Below are positions 43,722 to 53,516 of a stretch of 64,000 nt of DNA, in pieces. Within the stretch, counting starts at the first letter, position 1. Every line of letters begins with the position of its first letter. The DNA lies in IMG/VR virus record IMGVR_UViG_3300031952_000001, positions 1 through 64,000 of that record, one strand, 5' to 3'. The position numbers and the translations under genes were made by a program. Below the pieces are notes generated by a model, which was not told where the DNA came from, ran no database searches, and was given only the letters and a program-made list of their open reading frames with translations.

Positions 43722-44428
43722 CAGAACATTCAGAATCTCCCAAAGGTACCAACATCTGGAATAACGGTTCCATGATGCTCAAAGAGGAACCTGCCAACCG
43801 TGACGATGTCGTACTTTGGCCCCCTCCAGAGAAGAAGGAGGGGGTGGAGCCCGCCGCGGAGCTTGCTATCGCGGTGGTGGTAGATTCTGCCATGAAAGTG
43901 GAAGAGCCTCTACCTGAGGCGGTTCCTGTAGACTCCAGCCCGCCTCCCTACGGAATGTCCCCCCGGGGGAAACCTGATCCTGTGCGCTACCACCTGGCGG
44001 ACGAGCGCAAGAGTCGTACCTGCAAGTTCCGCTTGGCGAGCCAGTCTGATGAAGGAGATCTCATCACGGTGGAGGGCTACTTCACCGTGAGTGTGTACGA
44101 TGACGGCACCCCCGGCGAGGTGTTCATCGAGATGGGCAAGTCCGGTCACGAGATGAACGGCTTTGCGAACTGCTGGGCCATCGCGATCTCGATGTTGCTT
44201 CAGTACGGGGTACATCCGAAGAAGCTCTACGACAAGTTCAAGCTCCGGGAGTTCTCCCCCAAAGGGATAACCACCCTCACAGGGGTGCCCATCGCCAAGT
44301 CGGTTCCGGACCTCGTGATGCGGTGGATGGAGTACAACCTGCCGCCAACCAAGCAGGAGAAGCTCTCGGAGCACGCCGAGGACACGGACTGGATGAAGCT
44401 CGTGCAAGAGGTAGATGCGAAACGATGA
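43718..44428 (+). CDS. Standalone TSCPD domain protein (class II ribonucleotide reductase C-terminal/NrdJb-like)
   Basis: GYFTVSVYDDGTPGEVFIEMGKSG...AIAISMLLQYGV...SVPDLV. Confidence 0.75.
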   Translation: MTEHSESPKGTNIWNNGSMMLKEEPANRDDVVLWPPPEKKEGVEPAAELAIAVVVDSAMKVEEPLPEAVPVDSSPPPYGMSPRGKPDPVRYHLADERKSRTCKFRLASQSDEGDLITVEGYFTVSVYDDGTPGEVFIEMGKSGHEMNGFANCWAIAISMLLQYGVHPKKLYDKFKLREFSPKGITTLTGVPIAKSVPDLVMRWMEYNLPPTKQEKLSEHAEDTDWMKLVQEVDAKR

Positions 44429-44859
44429 AAATCATCGCCCAGATAGGCTACCGCAAGATCTCGAACCGCAGCCGGGACGGACAGCTCGTCCAGGTGTGGG
44501 TGAACGACATCGAGTGCTCTTGGGCGACCCTCAAGGAGGGCGGCAGATACATCACCCCTAAAACGGAGTCTGCGAAGGGCGTGTTGTGGTACCTCTGGCA
44601 GGGTCAAGTCGGAAATGAGGATACCATCCGACTTTCCGTCAAGACCTCCATCGCGAAGGTCGGTACTGACGAGAAGCGCACCTTCGACGTTCTGTACGCG
44701 GTGCGGGAGAACGTTGCTGTTCGGGAGATCGTAGTGCCTGGTGTCGGGCACCGCGGGTACCCGTTGCTGAAGGGCCGGCTGGTGGAGATCGCGTCCGTAT
44801 CGGAGCAGGACAAGCGGGCCGCGGATCTCGAAGAGTTTATGGAGCAGGAGGACTTTTGA
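44425..44859 (+). CDS. Hypothetical protein
   Basis: ATGA overlap; GC3-rich codons. Confidence 0.65.
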   Translation: MKIIAQIGYRKISNRSRDGQLVQVWVNDIECSWATLKEGGRYITPKTESAKGVLWYLWQGQVGNEDTIRLSVKTSIAKVGTDEKRTFDVLYAVRENVAVREIVVPGVGHRGYPLLKGRLVEIASVSEQDKRAADLEEFMEQEDF

Positions 44860-46667
44860 TTACGATCCTTCTCAAGGACCGTAAGATCTGCGCGCAGCTC
44901 GACATGCGCCATCCGGCGTACACGAACCTGTGTCTGATCATCCAGTCCCTGCTGTCCGCCAGGGCCATCGACGACTGCACCTGGTCGATCTCCTACAACG
45001 ACCTCCAGAGGCTCCGACGCGCTCTGGACTACAGCGGGCTGGTCGAGGGCAGGAACGTCACCGAGGATGCCTTCCAGTTCGTCTCGTGGATTCACTCTCA
45101 GAGGGAGAGGAACGACCAGATCAAGAAGGGGGTCAACAACGAGCACATTCGGGCGATTCTCAACCCGCGCTTGAAGGTCACCCCTTACGAAGACCAGTAC
45201 ACCGGGGTGGCATACGCGGTGAACAACCGCAGGGTGGGCATTTTCGACGACATGGGCTGCGGCAAGAGCTTAGAAGCATTGTCGTCTGTTGTATTTCTGG
45301 GTTCTGCGATTCGTAAGACGCTTCTCGTCAGCCCTTACACTGTTCAGATCGGCTTCGCCCGGGAGATCGCGGAACATACGAACCTGAAAGGGCTCCCGGT
45401 ACCAAGCGGCCGGCAGCAGGCGCTGGAGTTCATCAAGTCGAACATGCACACGTCCTGGGACATCATGATGACCCACCCTGAGAACATCATCGGGACGAAG
45501 AATTCTAGCGTCGGTGGTGAGATCCTGAACCTCATCATGAGCATGACGTGGGACATGATCATCATCGATGAGTTCCACATGTACAAGAACCTGGACGCCA
45601 AGCGGACCCAGTGCATCTTGTCCCTGTTGAACGACACCCGGGACCGTGCGGGAAAGCGGCCCCGGGCCATCGTCATGACTGGAACTCCGATCAGTGAGAG
45701 CCCGATGAATGCCTACGTGGTGCTGAAGGTGCTCTCGTACGACTACATTCCGCACATCACACGCTTCGAGGACCACTTCGTCGTGAAGCAGGAGGTCTCG
45801 TACGGCGAGAAGGGTAAGCACCTCAAGGTCACCGGCTACAAGAATCTCGACGAGCTGAAGGAGCTTCTGGAGGCGGTCTCCATCAGGCGCTCCAAGGAGG
45901 ACATGGTCGGCTTCCCGGATCGGGTTTTCATGATTCGCGACGTCGTGCTTGAAGGCCGGCAGCTCAAGCTCTACCAGGCGCTCTGTGGAGAGGTCATTCG
46001 GGATCTCCCCCAGGACAGCCAGATCAACATGGAACAGCTGTTCAGCTCCAACCGGATGCTCCGTCTCCGTCAGCTCATGAACCATCCTTCGATTCTGGAC
46101 GAGAAGGGGGACTCGGCGAAGTACCAGGGCTGTGATGCCCTCTTGGAGGAGATCTTGGCCGACCCCGAGGCCAAGGTCGTGCTCTGGACGGAGTTCCGTC
46201 CCGCGGTCGACCTGCTGTACGAACGCTACAATGACCTCTATGGGGCTGTGAAAATATACGGAGGTGTGGATAATGTTGCGCTTTTGCGCATCAAGCAGGA
46301 GTTCGAGGAGTCTGAGCGCCCACGGGTAGCCGTCTGCATTCCGGCGAAGGCAGGCACCGGGGTCGACTTCCTGGCGAGGGCCCGTACCGCCATTTATTTG
46401 GACAGACCTCACTCTTTCACGCACTTGAAGCAGTCGTTGGACCGGATTCATCGTCGAGTTGCCGCTGAAAAGAAGACTCGGCTGGATTTTATTCGTTCTA
46501 AGCCTGCTACGGTCATTTTCTTGGATGTGGTCAACTCGATAGACGTGCTGATCCGAGAGAATTCCATTAGAAAACAGAACCTTGTCGATGCCGTGACCGT
46601 GTCAGACGAAAAGTTGATCCGGCTCGGCAGATCGGATATATTGCGGTACCTCGGAAAGGCGGCCTGA
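44856..46667 (+). CDS. SNF2/SF2 helicase
   Basis: DDMGCGKS (motif I), IIIDEFH (II), MTGTP (III), LRLRQLMNHP, QSLDRIHR (VI). Confidence 0.9.
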   Translation: MITILLKDRKICAQLDMRHPAYTNLCLIIQSLLSARAIDDCTWSISYNDLQRLRRALDYSGLVEGRNVTEDAFQFVSWIHSQRERNDQIKKGVNNEHIRAILNPRLKVTPYEDQYTGVAYAVNNRRVGIFDDMGCGKSLEALSSVVFLGSAIRKTLLVSPYTVQIGFAREIAEHTNLKGLPVPSGRQQALEFIKSNMHTSWDIMMTHPENIIGTKNSSVGGEILNLIMSMTWDMIIIDEFHMYKNLDAKRTQCILSLLNDTRDRAGKRPRAIVMTGTPISESPMNAYVVLKVLSYDYIPHITRFEDHFVVKQEVSYGEKGKHLKVTGYKNLDELKELLEAVSIRRSKEDMVGFPDRVFMIRDVVLEGRQLKLYQALCGEVIRDLPQDSQINMEQLFSSNRMLRLRQLMNHPSILDEKGDSAKYQGCDALLEEILADPEAKVVLWTEFRPAVDLLYERYNDLYGAVKIYGGVDNVALLRIKQEFEESERPRVAVCIPAKAGTGVDFLARARTAIYLDRPHSFTHLKQSLDRIHRRVAAEKKTRLDFIRSKPATVIFLDVVNSIDVLIRENSIRKQNLVDAVTVSDEKLIRLGRSDILRYLGKAA

Positions 46668-47824
46668 TGGACTTTCTGGAGCAGATGGTCAAGGCGGAGC
46701 TGACGGGAGGATCCGTACCCCCGCCGGAAGACCAACACCTAAAGCCGATTTATTTCAATAGTGAAAACCAGCTGAATCCGGAGCCGTTCTACGGTGAGAT
46801 CATCGACCTCTCTCGGCAGATCTGGACGTACCGCGGGTACACGGGTTTTGCGAAGCCTTGGCATGACCAGGACCCTTACAAGTTTTTGAGGATCCGCAAG
46901 GAGGGCTTTCGGGGCTTCTTCCGCTCGATGGAAGAGGAGGACATCAACTGGAAGAGCTACCTCTTTCTGTTGTTCTTGATGACACCTTACGAGATGTGGG
47001 AGCGTCCAACTCTCCTGGTCTTGCAGAACAGTCGATTGAGCTGGTTTCGGAAGCTCCGGGCTGCTGCCGGCTCCAAGGAGGCTTTCGACAAGGTCGCCTC
47101 CTTCATGACGGAGTTCGTCAGCCTCCAGGTCCAGAGGGGCAAGGACCTTGGGATGCCTTTGGGCATTTTCGTAGCGCCTGATCTGACTTTTAAAGGACCC
47201 AAGAGCAGGAAGGGCGCTCCTCCAAAACACCTCGTGCTCTACCATCATGTACTGGACAGAATTTCAGTCCTGACGAACCTCGGCGTAGATCCCCTAGAGT
47301 GGCTCCAGGTGAAGTACGCGCGCTGCGTGGAATTCAAAAAGGACCAGGGCTCCATTGTTCCGATTGCCATGATCTTGAACATCAACTCCCTGGATCCGGA
47401 CCCGGAGGACATCAAGACCATGCAGCGGGACCCTTGGAGGGGGGTTCGCAAGTTCCTGGGTCTCTCTGCACAGTGCCAGCTCAAGGACAACTGCCTCCCG
47501 AAGGGCTGGAGACCTTCCTCGGAGGATGCTGACGACGCTTCCAGGATTTACTGCATCACCGCGGACGGGTACTACTACCGCGAAGATGGCACCCAGCGCC
47601 GGGGACGCCGGCACTACGCCCAGAACAAGTACCTGAACATCTGCTGCGTCCCCTCGAACTTCCAGCTCTTCCAGAAGCAGTGGGACGATCCCCGGCTGCT
47701 GTCCGCGGAGCCCACCTGGGAGGAGTATTCGAAGTGGGGTCTCTACTTGGGACTCTGGAACGAGAGTGGGACCAACATCTCGAAGTACACCGGTCTGAAA
47801 GACGTGAAGTGGAGGAAGCCATGA
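46667..47824 (+). CDS. Hypothetical protein (385 aa)
   Basis: TGATG coupling; no recognised motif. Confidence 0.7.
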   Translation: MDFLEQMVKAELTGGSVPPPEDQHLKPIYFNSENQLNPEPFYGEIIDLSRQIWTYRGYTGFAKPWHDQDPYKFLRIRKEGFRGFFRSMEEEDINWKSYLFLLFLMTPYEMWERPTLLVLQNSRLSWFRKLRAAAGSKEAFDKVASFMTEFVSLQVQRGKDLGMPLGIFVAPDLTFKGPKSRKGAPPKHLVLYHHVLDRISVLTNLGVDPLEWLQVKYARCVEFKKDQGSIVPIAMILNINSLDPDPEDIKTMQRDPWRGVRKFLGLSAQCQLKDNCLPKGWRPSSEDADDASRIYCITADGYYYREDGTQRRGRRHYAQNKYLNICCVPSNFQLFQKQWDDPRLLSAEPTWEEYSKWGLYLGLWNESGTNISKYTGLKDVKWRKP

Positions 47825-48516
47825 GCGAAGAGGTCTGGGTCGTTCCCGAAGTGGCTTTGGCCTTTGTTCAAGGGTTGCAGTTCCCCCCGAAGCCCGAGTT
47901 CGCAGGGTTCGCGCAGTGCGATAACAGCATCCGCTGCTTCTGGACCACTCTGAAGAAGGCCTGCTTCACACCGCGCTCCTTGGCGGAGACTGACACGACG
48001 CACAAGCAGGTCATCCCCTATACGGTGGTCACCTCTGAAGGGCGCTATCTGTCCTACGAGCGGTCCGGTGGGAACGAGGCGCGGCTGGACAAGAAGTTTT
48101 CGATAGGCGTCGGTGGGCACATCAACCCAGAGGATGAGCTGACCAATTGGAAGAGGGTCGTGTTCTTCTCGGCTATGCGGGAGATCGATGAGGAGCTGTG
48201 CACTCTGGAGAACAACCGACGCTTTCCGGCCAGCTGGGCTGTGTACGACCAGCTGATGATCAAGGGGATCCTCTACGACGACTCTGACGAGGTCGGGCGC
48301 GTGCACGTCGGGGTGGTCCTACATGCTGACGTCAAGCCGGAGGTGGCGAAGCTCTTTCAGATGATCTCCGAGGGCAAGAACCTGACGTGGATGACGCCCG
48401 AGGAACTGCGGGCCTTGGGGGAGCGCCTGGAGGGGTGGTCGAGGAAATCGTTGAGGGCGCTCGAAGCCGGCGCGGTGGGGTGCTCGACCTCGCTGAGAGA
48501 TCTTTCTGAAGGATGA
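47821..48516 (+). CDS. NUDIX-family phosphoesterase (YmaB/COG4112-like)
   Basis: KQVIPY...EARL..KFSIGVGGHIN...MREIDEEL...GILYDDSDEVGRVHVG. Confidence 0.8.
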   Translation: MSEEVWVVPEVALAFVQGLQFPPKPEFAGFAQCDNSIRCFWTTLKKACFTPRSLAETDTTHKQVIPYTVVTSEGRYLSYERSGGNEARLDKKFSIGVGGHINPEDELTNWKRVVFFSAMREIDEELCTLENNRRFPASWAVYDQLMIKGILYDDSDEVGRVHVGVVLHADVKPEVAKLFQMISEGKNLTWMTPEELRALGERLEGWSRKSLRALEAGAVGCSTSLRDLSEG

Positions 48517-49259
48517 GTGACTGGTCTCCATTGAAGGCGCGGATCCAGGGCAGCTGTCCTGTGTGCTCCGGTACGGGTTTCGTCGGTGACGAGCTGTGCA
48601 CCTGCGCCATTAAGTTCCGAGTGTATAACCGGATGACGAAGGGGGGCTTCCACGAGGCGACTCTGGACCTTGTGAGTTCTCCGGAGTATCGGTGGCCTCT
48701 CATCGAGCAGGGTGCTGCTGAGCTGACCTACTTCGTGGGCAACCCCTTCGAGGTCCTGTCTCACGGTCTGGGTCTGTACCTGTTCTCGAAGGAGAACGGC
48801 CGCGGGAAGACGACGTTGGCGCACTACCTCGTGTACATGCTCTTGTGGGAGTTGTCGAAGACCGAGAACTATAGCCCGGATCGGACCTACTCTTTCGAGA
48901 ACATGCACGAGATGTGTGAGAAGGAGCGCCGGGGCTGGGATGACGAGACCTGGAAGTCGACGATCTTGGTGATCGACGACATCGGGACCGAGTCGCGGAG
49001 TGTGCAGTGGAAGAAGGACATCGCGCTCACGATGATGCACCGGATACTGCACTTCCGGCAGGACTACAGGCTCCCAACGATCTTCACCTCGAACTACGCG
49101 CCGAGCAGCGTCTCATCCTTCTACGAGGGGGTGCTTGATTCCGTGCTGGAGATCCGACCTGACGGCGTGATCGGGGGTCGCTCCCTGCGCCAGGTCGAGG
49201 TCGGCGGTGGTGAAGACTATCGGTTACAGCAAGGCGATCAAGGCGGGTGGCCGGTTTGA
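48513..49259 (+). CDS. DnaC/IstB-like AAA+ helicase loader
   Basis: N-terminal CPVC...CTC zinc motif; GRGKTT; ILVIDDIGTE; PTIFTSN. Confidence 0.8.
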   Translation: MSDWSPLKARIQGSCPVCSGTGFVGDELCTCAIKFRVYNRMTKGGFHEATLDLVSSPEYRWPLIEQGAAELTYFVGNPFEVLSHGLGLYLFSKENGRGKTTLAHYLVYMLLWELSKTENYSPDRTYSFENMHEMCEKERRGWDDETWKSTILVIDDIGTESRSVQWKKDIALTMMHRILHFRQDYRLPTIFTSNYAPSSVSSFYEGVLDSVLEIRPDGVIGGRSLRQVEVGGGEDYRLQQGDQGGWPV

Positions 49260-50623
49260 AGATCGATGTCAAAATCGAGGCCGAGTTCCTCGCCGCCGCG
49301 GTCCAGAAGCCGGGCATGATCGATCCTGACGTTCTGGCGGTAGTGGAGCCCGAGCACTTCCAGATCCCATCCTACAAGTGGCTGGTGAAGCTCCTGAAGG
49401 ACCGGAAGTGGAAGCCTCCTGTGTGGGACTTTCTCGATCAGGAGCTGCTCTCGGTCAAGGACCCTGAGGAGCTGAACAAGTACCGTGCCCAGCTGTGGTA
49501 TCTGTACACACTCCCACTCACGTTCCTGGAGGACGCTACTGAAAAGTTCCGGGCGTACGTTTCGTTCTGCATCATCAATTCGACGGCGCACGCGGCCTTC
49601 GAGGGGTTCTCGCAGACCCCTCGTGTGGACTACCTTTTGGAGGCCCTCGGGAAGGGGGTCCTGGAGGCCCGGAACGTTGTTCAAGGGCGAAAGCTGCGGG
49701 TCGTCGACTACGCCGACAACTACTCCGAGCGCATGTCCCGTCGGAGGGTGGCGCGCGACAACCCCAACCTGAACCCGCGGTTGATGACGGGGATCCGTGG
49801 GCTCGATGTGCAGTTTGTCATCAAGGCCCCCATGGTGTGCGACTTCATTGCCCCCTTCAAGCGGTACAAATCGATCTTCCTGAACGCCATGGGCTACGCG
49901 CTCCTGCTCCAGGGCTTCAACGTGCTCCACGTCACCTATGAGAACTCCGAGGAGATGACGATGGGCAGGTACGACGCGATGTTCAGTGAGCTGAACTACC
50001 AGCGCATCTCGAACCTGCTGCTCACTCAGGAGGAGAAGGACAACCTTGATCGGACCTTCGCGTGGATGAAGACCTGGGGTAACCGGCTGAAGATCGTGAA
50101 GGCGACCGCGGAGGAGACCACCGTGGCAGAGGTTGAGGTAGAGGTCGAGCGCTTCCGAGATCAAGAGGGGTGGTCTCCGGATGTCGAGATCTGGGACTAC
50201 TTGAACATCATCGCTCCCAGCGTCCGGTTCAAAGGCGAGGAGCGGCGCGAGCAGAAGCAGATCGTTTGGGACCTGAAGAGGCACGCAGAGAAGTTCAACA
50301 TTGCGATCTTCGAAGCGAGCCAGGCGAACATGGCCGGCGTGAAGGCTGACCGCCTCTCCCTGGAGCACCGCGGCCTGAGCATCGACATCTCCAGGGCACT
50401 GGACCTTTGTATAGCTATCGATCAGACGGACGACGAGCGTGATGAGGGGATCATCATCTTGAGCCCGCAGTTCGCGCGAGACGGATCGATCACGATCCCC
50501 GAGATCGTTCTCGATGCCGATCTGGCGCGGATGTCCATCTCCCGGGAACTGCACCGGTTGTGGGAACACGCTGCCAAGATCAATCCTTTCGTCGTTGACA
50601 AACCAGAGGTGCCTATAGTATAG
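49247..50623 (+). CDS. dnaB: DnaB-like replicative helicase with non-canonical Walker A
   Basis: TGIRGLD; APFKRYKS; VLHVTYE; IWDYL; IFEASQAN; DLCIAI; lies between loader and primase. Confidence 0.7.
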   Translation: MAGLKIDVKIEAEFLAAAVQKPGMIDPDVLAVVEPEHFQIPSYKWLVKLLKDRKWKPPVWDFLDQELLSVKDPEELNKYRAQLWYLYTLPLTFLEDATEKFRAYVSFCIINSTAHAAFEGFSQTPRVDYLLEALGKGVLEARNVVQGRKLRVVDYADNYSERMSRRRVARDNPNLNPRLMTGIRGLDVQFVIKAPMVCDFIAPFKRYKSIFLNAMGYALLLQGFNVLHVTYENSEEMTMGRYDAMFSELNYQRISNLLLTQEEKDNLDRTFAWMKTWGNRLKIVKATAEETTVAEVEVEVERFRDQEGWSPDVEIWDYLNIIAPSVRFKGEERREQKQIVWDLKRHAEKFNIAIFEASQANMAGVKADRLSLEHRGLSIDISRALDLCIAIDQTDDERDEGIIILSPQFARDGSITIPEIVLDADLARMSISRELHRLWEHAAKINPFVVDKPEVPIV

Positions 50624-50624
50624 A
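50595..50624 (+). promoter_or_regulatory. Possible sigma70 promoter upstream of primase (TTGACA-N18-TATAGA)
   Basis: Overlaps the helicase 3' end; AT-rich gap follows. Confidence 0.35.
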
Positions 50625-50662
50625 ACAAGGCTCTGATACGTGCCTTTTACGTGACTTTGTAG

Positions 50663-51607
50663 GTGAGAATGGATCCGAGAGACTACATCCTTTCCCGACT
50701 GCCTGGTATGGCGTTCAATTCCTCGGGGCAGATCCATACTAGGTGCCCGTTCCACAACGACAATTCCCCGTCTTTCTCGATCCGAGAGGACGGCGTTTTC
50801 GTGTGCGGGTCCCCGAAGTGCGGTATCCGCGGCTCGTTCGCCTACTTCTACAAGCTGATGGAGCACATCGAGTCGTGGGCGCAGGTCTACAAGGACCTCC
50901 GCCTCACGAACGTGACTCCTGACCTCGAAGAGTTGTTCGCCGAGAAGAAGGGCGAGACGAAGAAATACTGGATTTCCGACTTCCCGCAGCCACCGATGAT
51001 CGAGCCGATCAGGTCCATCAAGTACCTCGCTGACCGCGGTTTAGGACCTGATATTGTGTCCAGGTATGGTCTTTGGTATGGGGTCGGTGGGGCAAGCGCC
51101 GGTATCGCCATCTCGGACTCCATCGTCGCACCTGTCTACGATCTCAACGGGGCCTATGTCACCTTCCAGGTTCGGTACCTCGCGCCCTCGGCTCCGCAGC
51201 GGTGGAAGATGCCGAGCGGTTCTGCGGCTCAGACTATTCTCTACGGCGGGTGGCTGGTAGGTTCGGTGGTCAGCAAGCACCTCTGGATCGTGGAGGGCGC
51301 GAGTGACGTTTGGAAGCTGGCGAGCTTCGGAGCCCAGGCCGTGGGACTCTTCACGAGCAAGGCCTCTGCATCCCAGCTCAACCGAATCCGAGATCTCTGT
51401 GTCTGCCACTCCTTGCAGCCTGTTGTGTGCCTGGACGGGGACGCGCGGTTCGTGAAGGGGGGCAAGGAGATCGATCTCGGTCTGAAGATAGCGAACGAGC
51501 TGGCGGCTTTCGGGCTCGATGCGCTGTTGGTCCATCTGGACAAGGTGGAGGATCCCGGGTCTTTGACATACGACCGGCTCCGAGAGCTGAATGGGGCGCT
51601 GTCTTGA
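50663..51607 (+). CDS. dnaG: DNA primase (CHC2 zinc finger + TOPRIM)
   Basis: CPFHNDNSPSF...CGSPKC; IVEGASD; CLDGD. Confidence 0.88.
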   Translation: MRMDPRDYILSRLPGMAFNSSGQIHTRCPFHNDNSPSFSIREDGVFVCGSPKCGIRGSFAYFYKLMEHIESWAQVYKDLRLTNVTPDLEELFAEKKGETKKYWISDFPQPPMIEPIRSIKYLADRGLGPDIVSRYGLWYGVGGASAGIAISDSIVAPVYDLNGAYVTFQVRYLAPSAPQRWKMPSGSAAQTILYGGWLVGSVVSKHLWIVEGASDVWKLASFGAQAVGLFTSKASASQLNRIRDLCVCHSLQPVVCLDGDARFVKGGKEIDLGLKIANELAAFGLDALLVHLDKVEDPGSLTYDRLRELNGALS

Positions 51608-52365
51608 AGAGTGCTCTGCAAAAACAGATTTTGACTATCACGGAGGCTCTGAAGCGCGACGATTCTGAGCAGGCGCAGGTTTTCTGCAAGATGGCTCCTT
51701 TCGTTTTCAAGTCGGTGGTCCGGATCGCTCAGATGACCAATACTTCCGAGGAAGACATCCTCGGAGAAGTCCTCTGCGTGTTCTCTGCTGCTTGTGATCT
51801 CTACAAGGCCCCTGTCTACAAGTACCGTGAGTCCTTGTACCAGTGTCGTGGGGAGGAGGGGGGACTACTTCTTCTGGAGACCCCGAAAGGGAACAAGATT
51901 CGAAGGTCTCTGAGAGTGGAGAAGTCGAAGGTCACCGAAGTACGCCGAGCAGAGTTCTTCAACTTCCTTTACAAAAAGATCCAGCAGCAGTGTGTTGATA
52001 TTTTGCGGGGATCTTTCATGTGTAAGAGGGCTGTTTCTACCGAGGTGATCTCTTTGGAGGGTTGCGATGACGGCATGCTCGGTGCGCGGGTTGATTTTTC
52101 CAGCGATCCAGAGAGCCTCTTCTCGGCGGCGCAGATGTACTATGAAATCGTTCCGCAGCTTTCTGATCAGGCACGAAAAGTCTTTGATCTCTTTATAGAG
52201 GGTGCGTTTAAGTCGAACAAGGGTTTGTCGAACAGTCTGCGGATGAGCATGCGCAGCGTCTCGGCGGCGAAGCAGGAAATACTTCGTGCCTACTACCGCA
52301 CGGAGCGCTCTTTCGTTCAGGATTCGGAGTTGCAACCCATCTACCTAACGGCGGGTGACTTTTGA
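51604..52365 (+). CDS. Putative phage sigma70-family factor
   Basis: Region-2-like helices (EEDILGEV...FFNFLYKKIQQQCVDILR), VISLE, region-4-like LSDQARKVFDLF...LSNSLRMSMRSVSAAKQEI; TTG start. Confidence 0.5.
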   Translation: MKSALQKQILTITEALKRDDSEQAQVFCKMAPFVFKSVVRIAQMTNTSEEDILGEVLCVFSAACDLYKAPVYKYRESLYQCRGEEGGLLLLETPKGNKIRRSLRVEKSKVTEVRRAEFFNFLYKKIQQQCVDILRGSFMCKRAVSTEVISLEGCDDGMLGARVDFSSDPESLFSAAQMYYEIVPQLSDQARKVFDLFIEGAFKSNKGLSNSLRMSMRSVSAAKQEILRAYYRTERSFVQDSELQPIYLTAGDF

Positions 52366-53516
52366 TAACGATTCAGGACAACGGCTTCATCGTCGACTAC
52401 CACTTGATGACCGACTTCTGTCGAGCCCTGGAGAAGTGCAACCCCAAGAACGACTACGTCTACCTGTCCTACGATGGCGCGGTTTTCAGCATGTTCTCGC
52501 AGACCGTTACTGCTTCCGTCATCGTGTCTCTCAACGCGACAGGAGGCAAGACCTTTGGTTTCGGTGTCGAGTCGGGGAAGTTTTTGTCCTTGTGGAAGAA
52601 GCTGTATGTGGGCAGCACCATTAAGTTCAAACCTTCCCGGGAGCAGCTCATCATCTCGGAGGACAACATCTCGGTGAAGTTCCCGACGGTACAGCACATC
52701 AAGCACTACAAGTTTCCCGAGATGATCACGGTATTTGGTCCACATGTCGAGGAGCTGACGAAGGCCTTGTCGATTTGTGAGGTCTCCGTTGGCGCGAACA
52801 AGCAGGCTCCGGGGATCCTGATCGACAACACCGCTCCGGGGATGTGCCGGGTGGTTAAGATCGGGAATTACTCCTACCGGATGTGCTCTTGCAGCAAGCA
52901 ATCGTTCGGGGATGTCCGTATCGTCGTTTCGGACGAGTTCTGTTCCGCGGTTTCCGCGCTTTCGAAATGGTCTAAGTCTTCGTCCTTGTTCGGGTCCATC
53001 ACGGCGCTTATGGTGTCTCCGGCCAAGGTCGGAGCTGTGCTGAGCAGCGGCGTCCAGTTCTACATGCCCACCTTGCACGACGCGATCCCGTCGTCCTATG
53101 TGTACGACTTCCGGTTGCTGCCGAACAGCCTGGAGCAGGTCGCTCGTGAGGGGCGTGTCTACACGTTCAGCCAGAAGCGGCTCTCCGAGGTGCTCGATCT
53201 GGTGGCTGCGGTGATCGGGACCGAGGAGTCAATGCTCCTGATGGAGATCGATGGTCTGGCAGCGGCGTCCGGCAATCCAGTGTTCAAGATCAGCGCGAAG
53301 ACCCACGACGGCTGCGAGGTCTCGGAGTTGGTAGAGGCCCTTTCGAAGGGCCCGACGGATCTGGAACCCTTTAGGGTAAACAAGAGTCAGGCGCTCTTGG
53401 CACTCAAGAGCTACGAAGGAAATCTGGTTCTTATCGACCGGCTCAACAACCCCCTGCTCGTCCTGCAAGACGAGTCCGGGAGGGACGTGACGTTCCTCCT
53501 CAAAGCTCCGGCGTGA
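52362..53516 (+). CDS. Putative DNA sliding clamp (beta-clamp-like, 384 aa)
   Basis: Length, alternating alpha/beta three-domain pattern, C-terminal PLLVL...VTFLL; DnaX-like loader nearby. Confidence 0.55.
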   Translation: MITIQDNGFIVDYHLMTDFCRALEKCNPKNDYVYLSYDGAVFSMFSQTVTASVIVSLNATGGKTFGFGVESGKFLSLWKKLYVGSTIKFKPSREQLIISEDNISVKFPTVQHIKHYKFPEMITVFGPHVEELTKALSICEVSVGANKQAPGILIDNTAPGMCRVVKIGNYSYRMCSCSKQSFGDVRIVVSDEFCSAVSALSKWSKSSSLFGSITALMVSPAKVGAVLSSGVQFYMPTLHDAIPSSYVYDFRLLPNSLEQVAREGRVYTFSQKRLSEVLDLVAAVIGTEESMLLMEIDGLAAASGNPVFKISAKTHDGCEVSELVEALSKGPTDLEPFRVNKSQALLALKSYEGNLVLIDRLNNPLLVLQDESGRDVTFLLKAPA

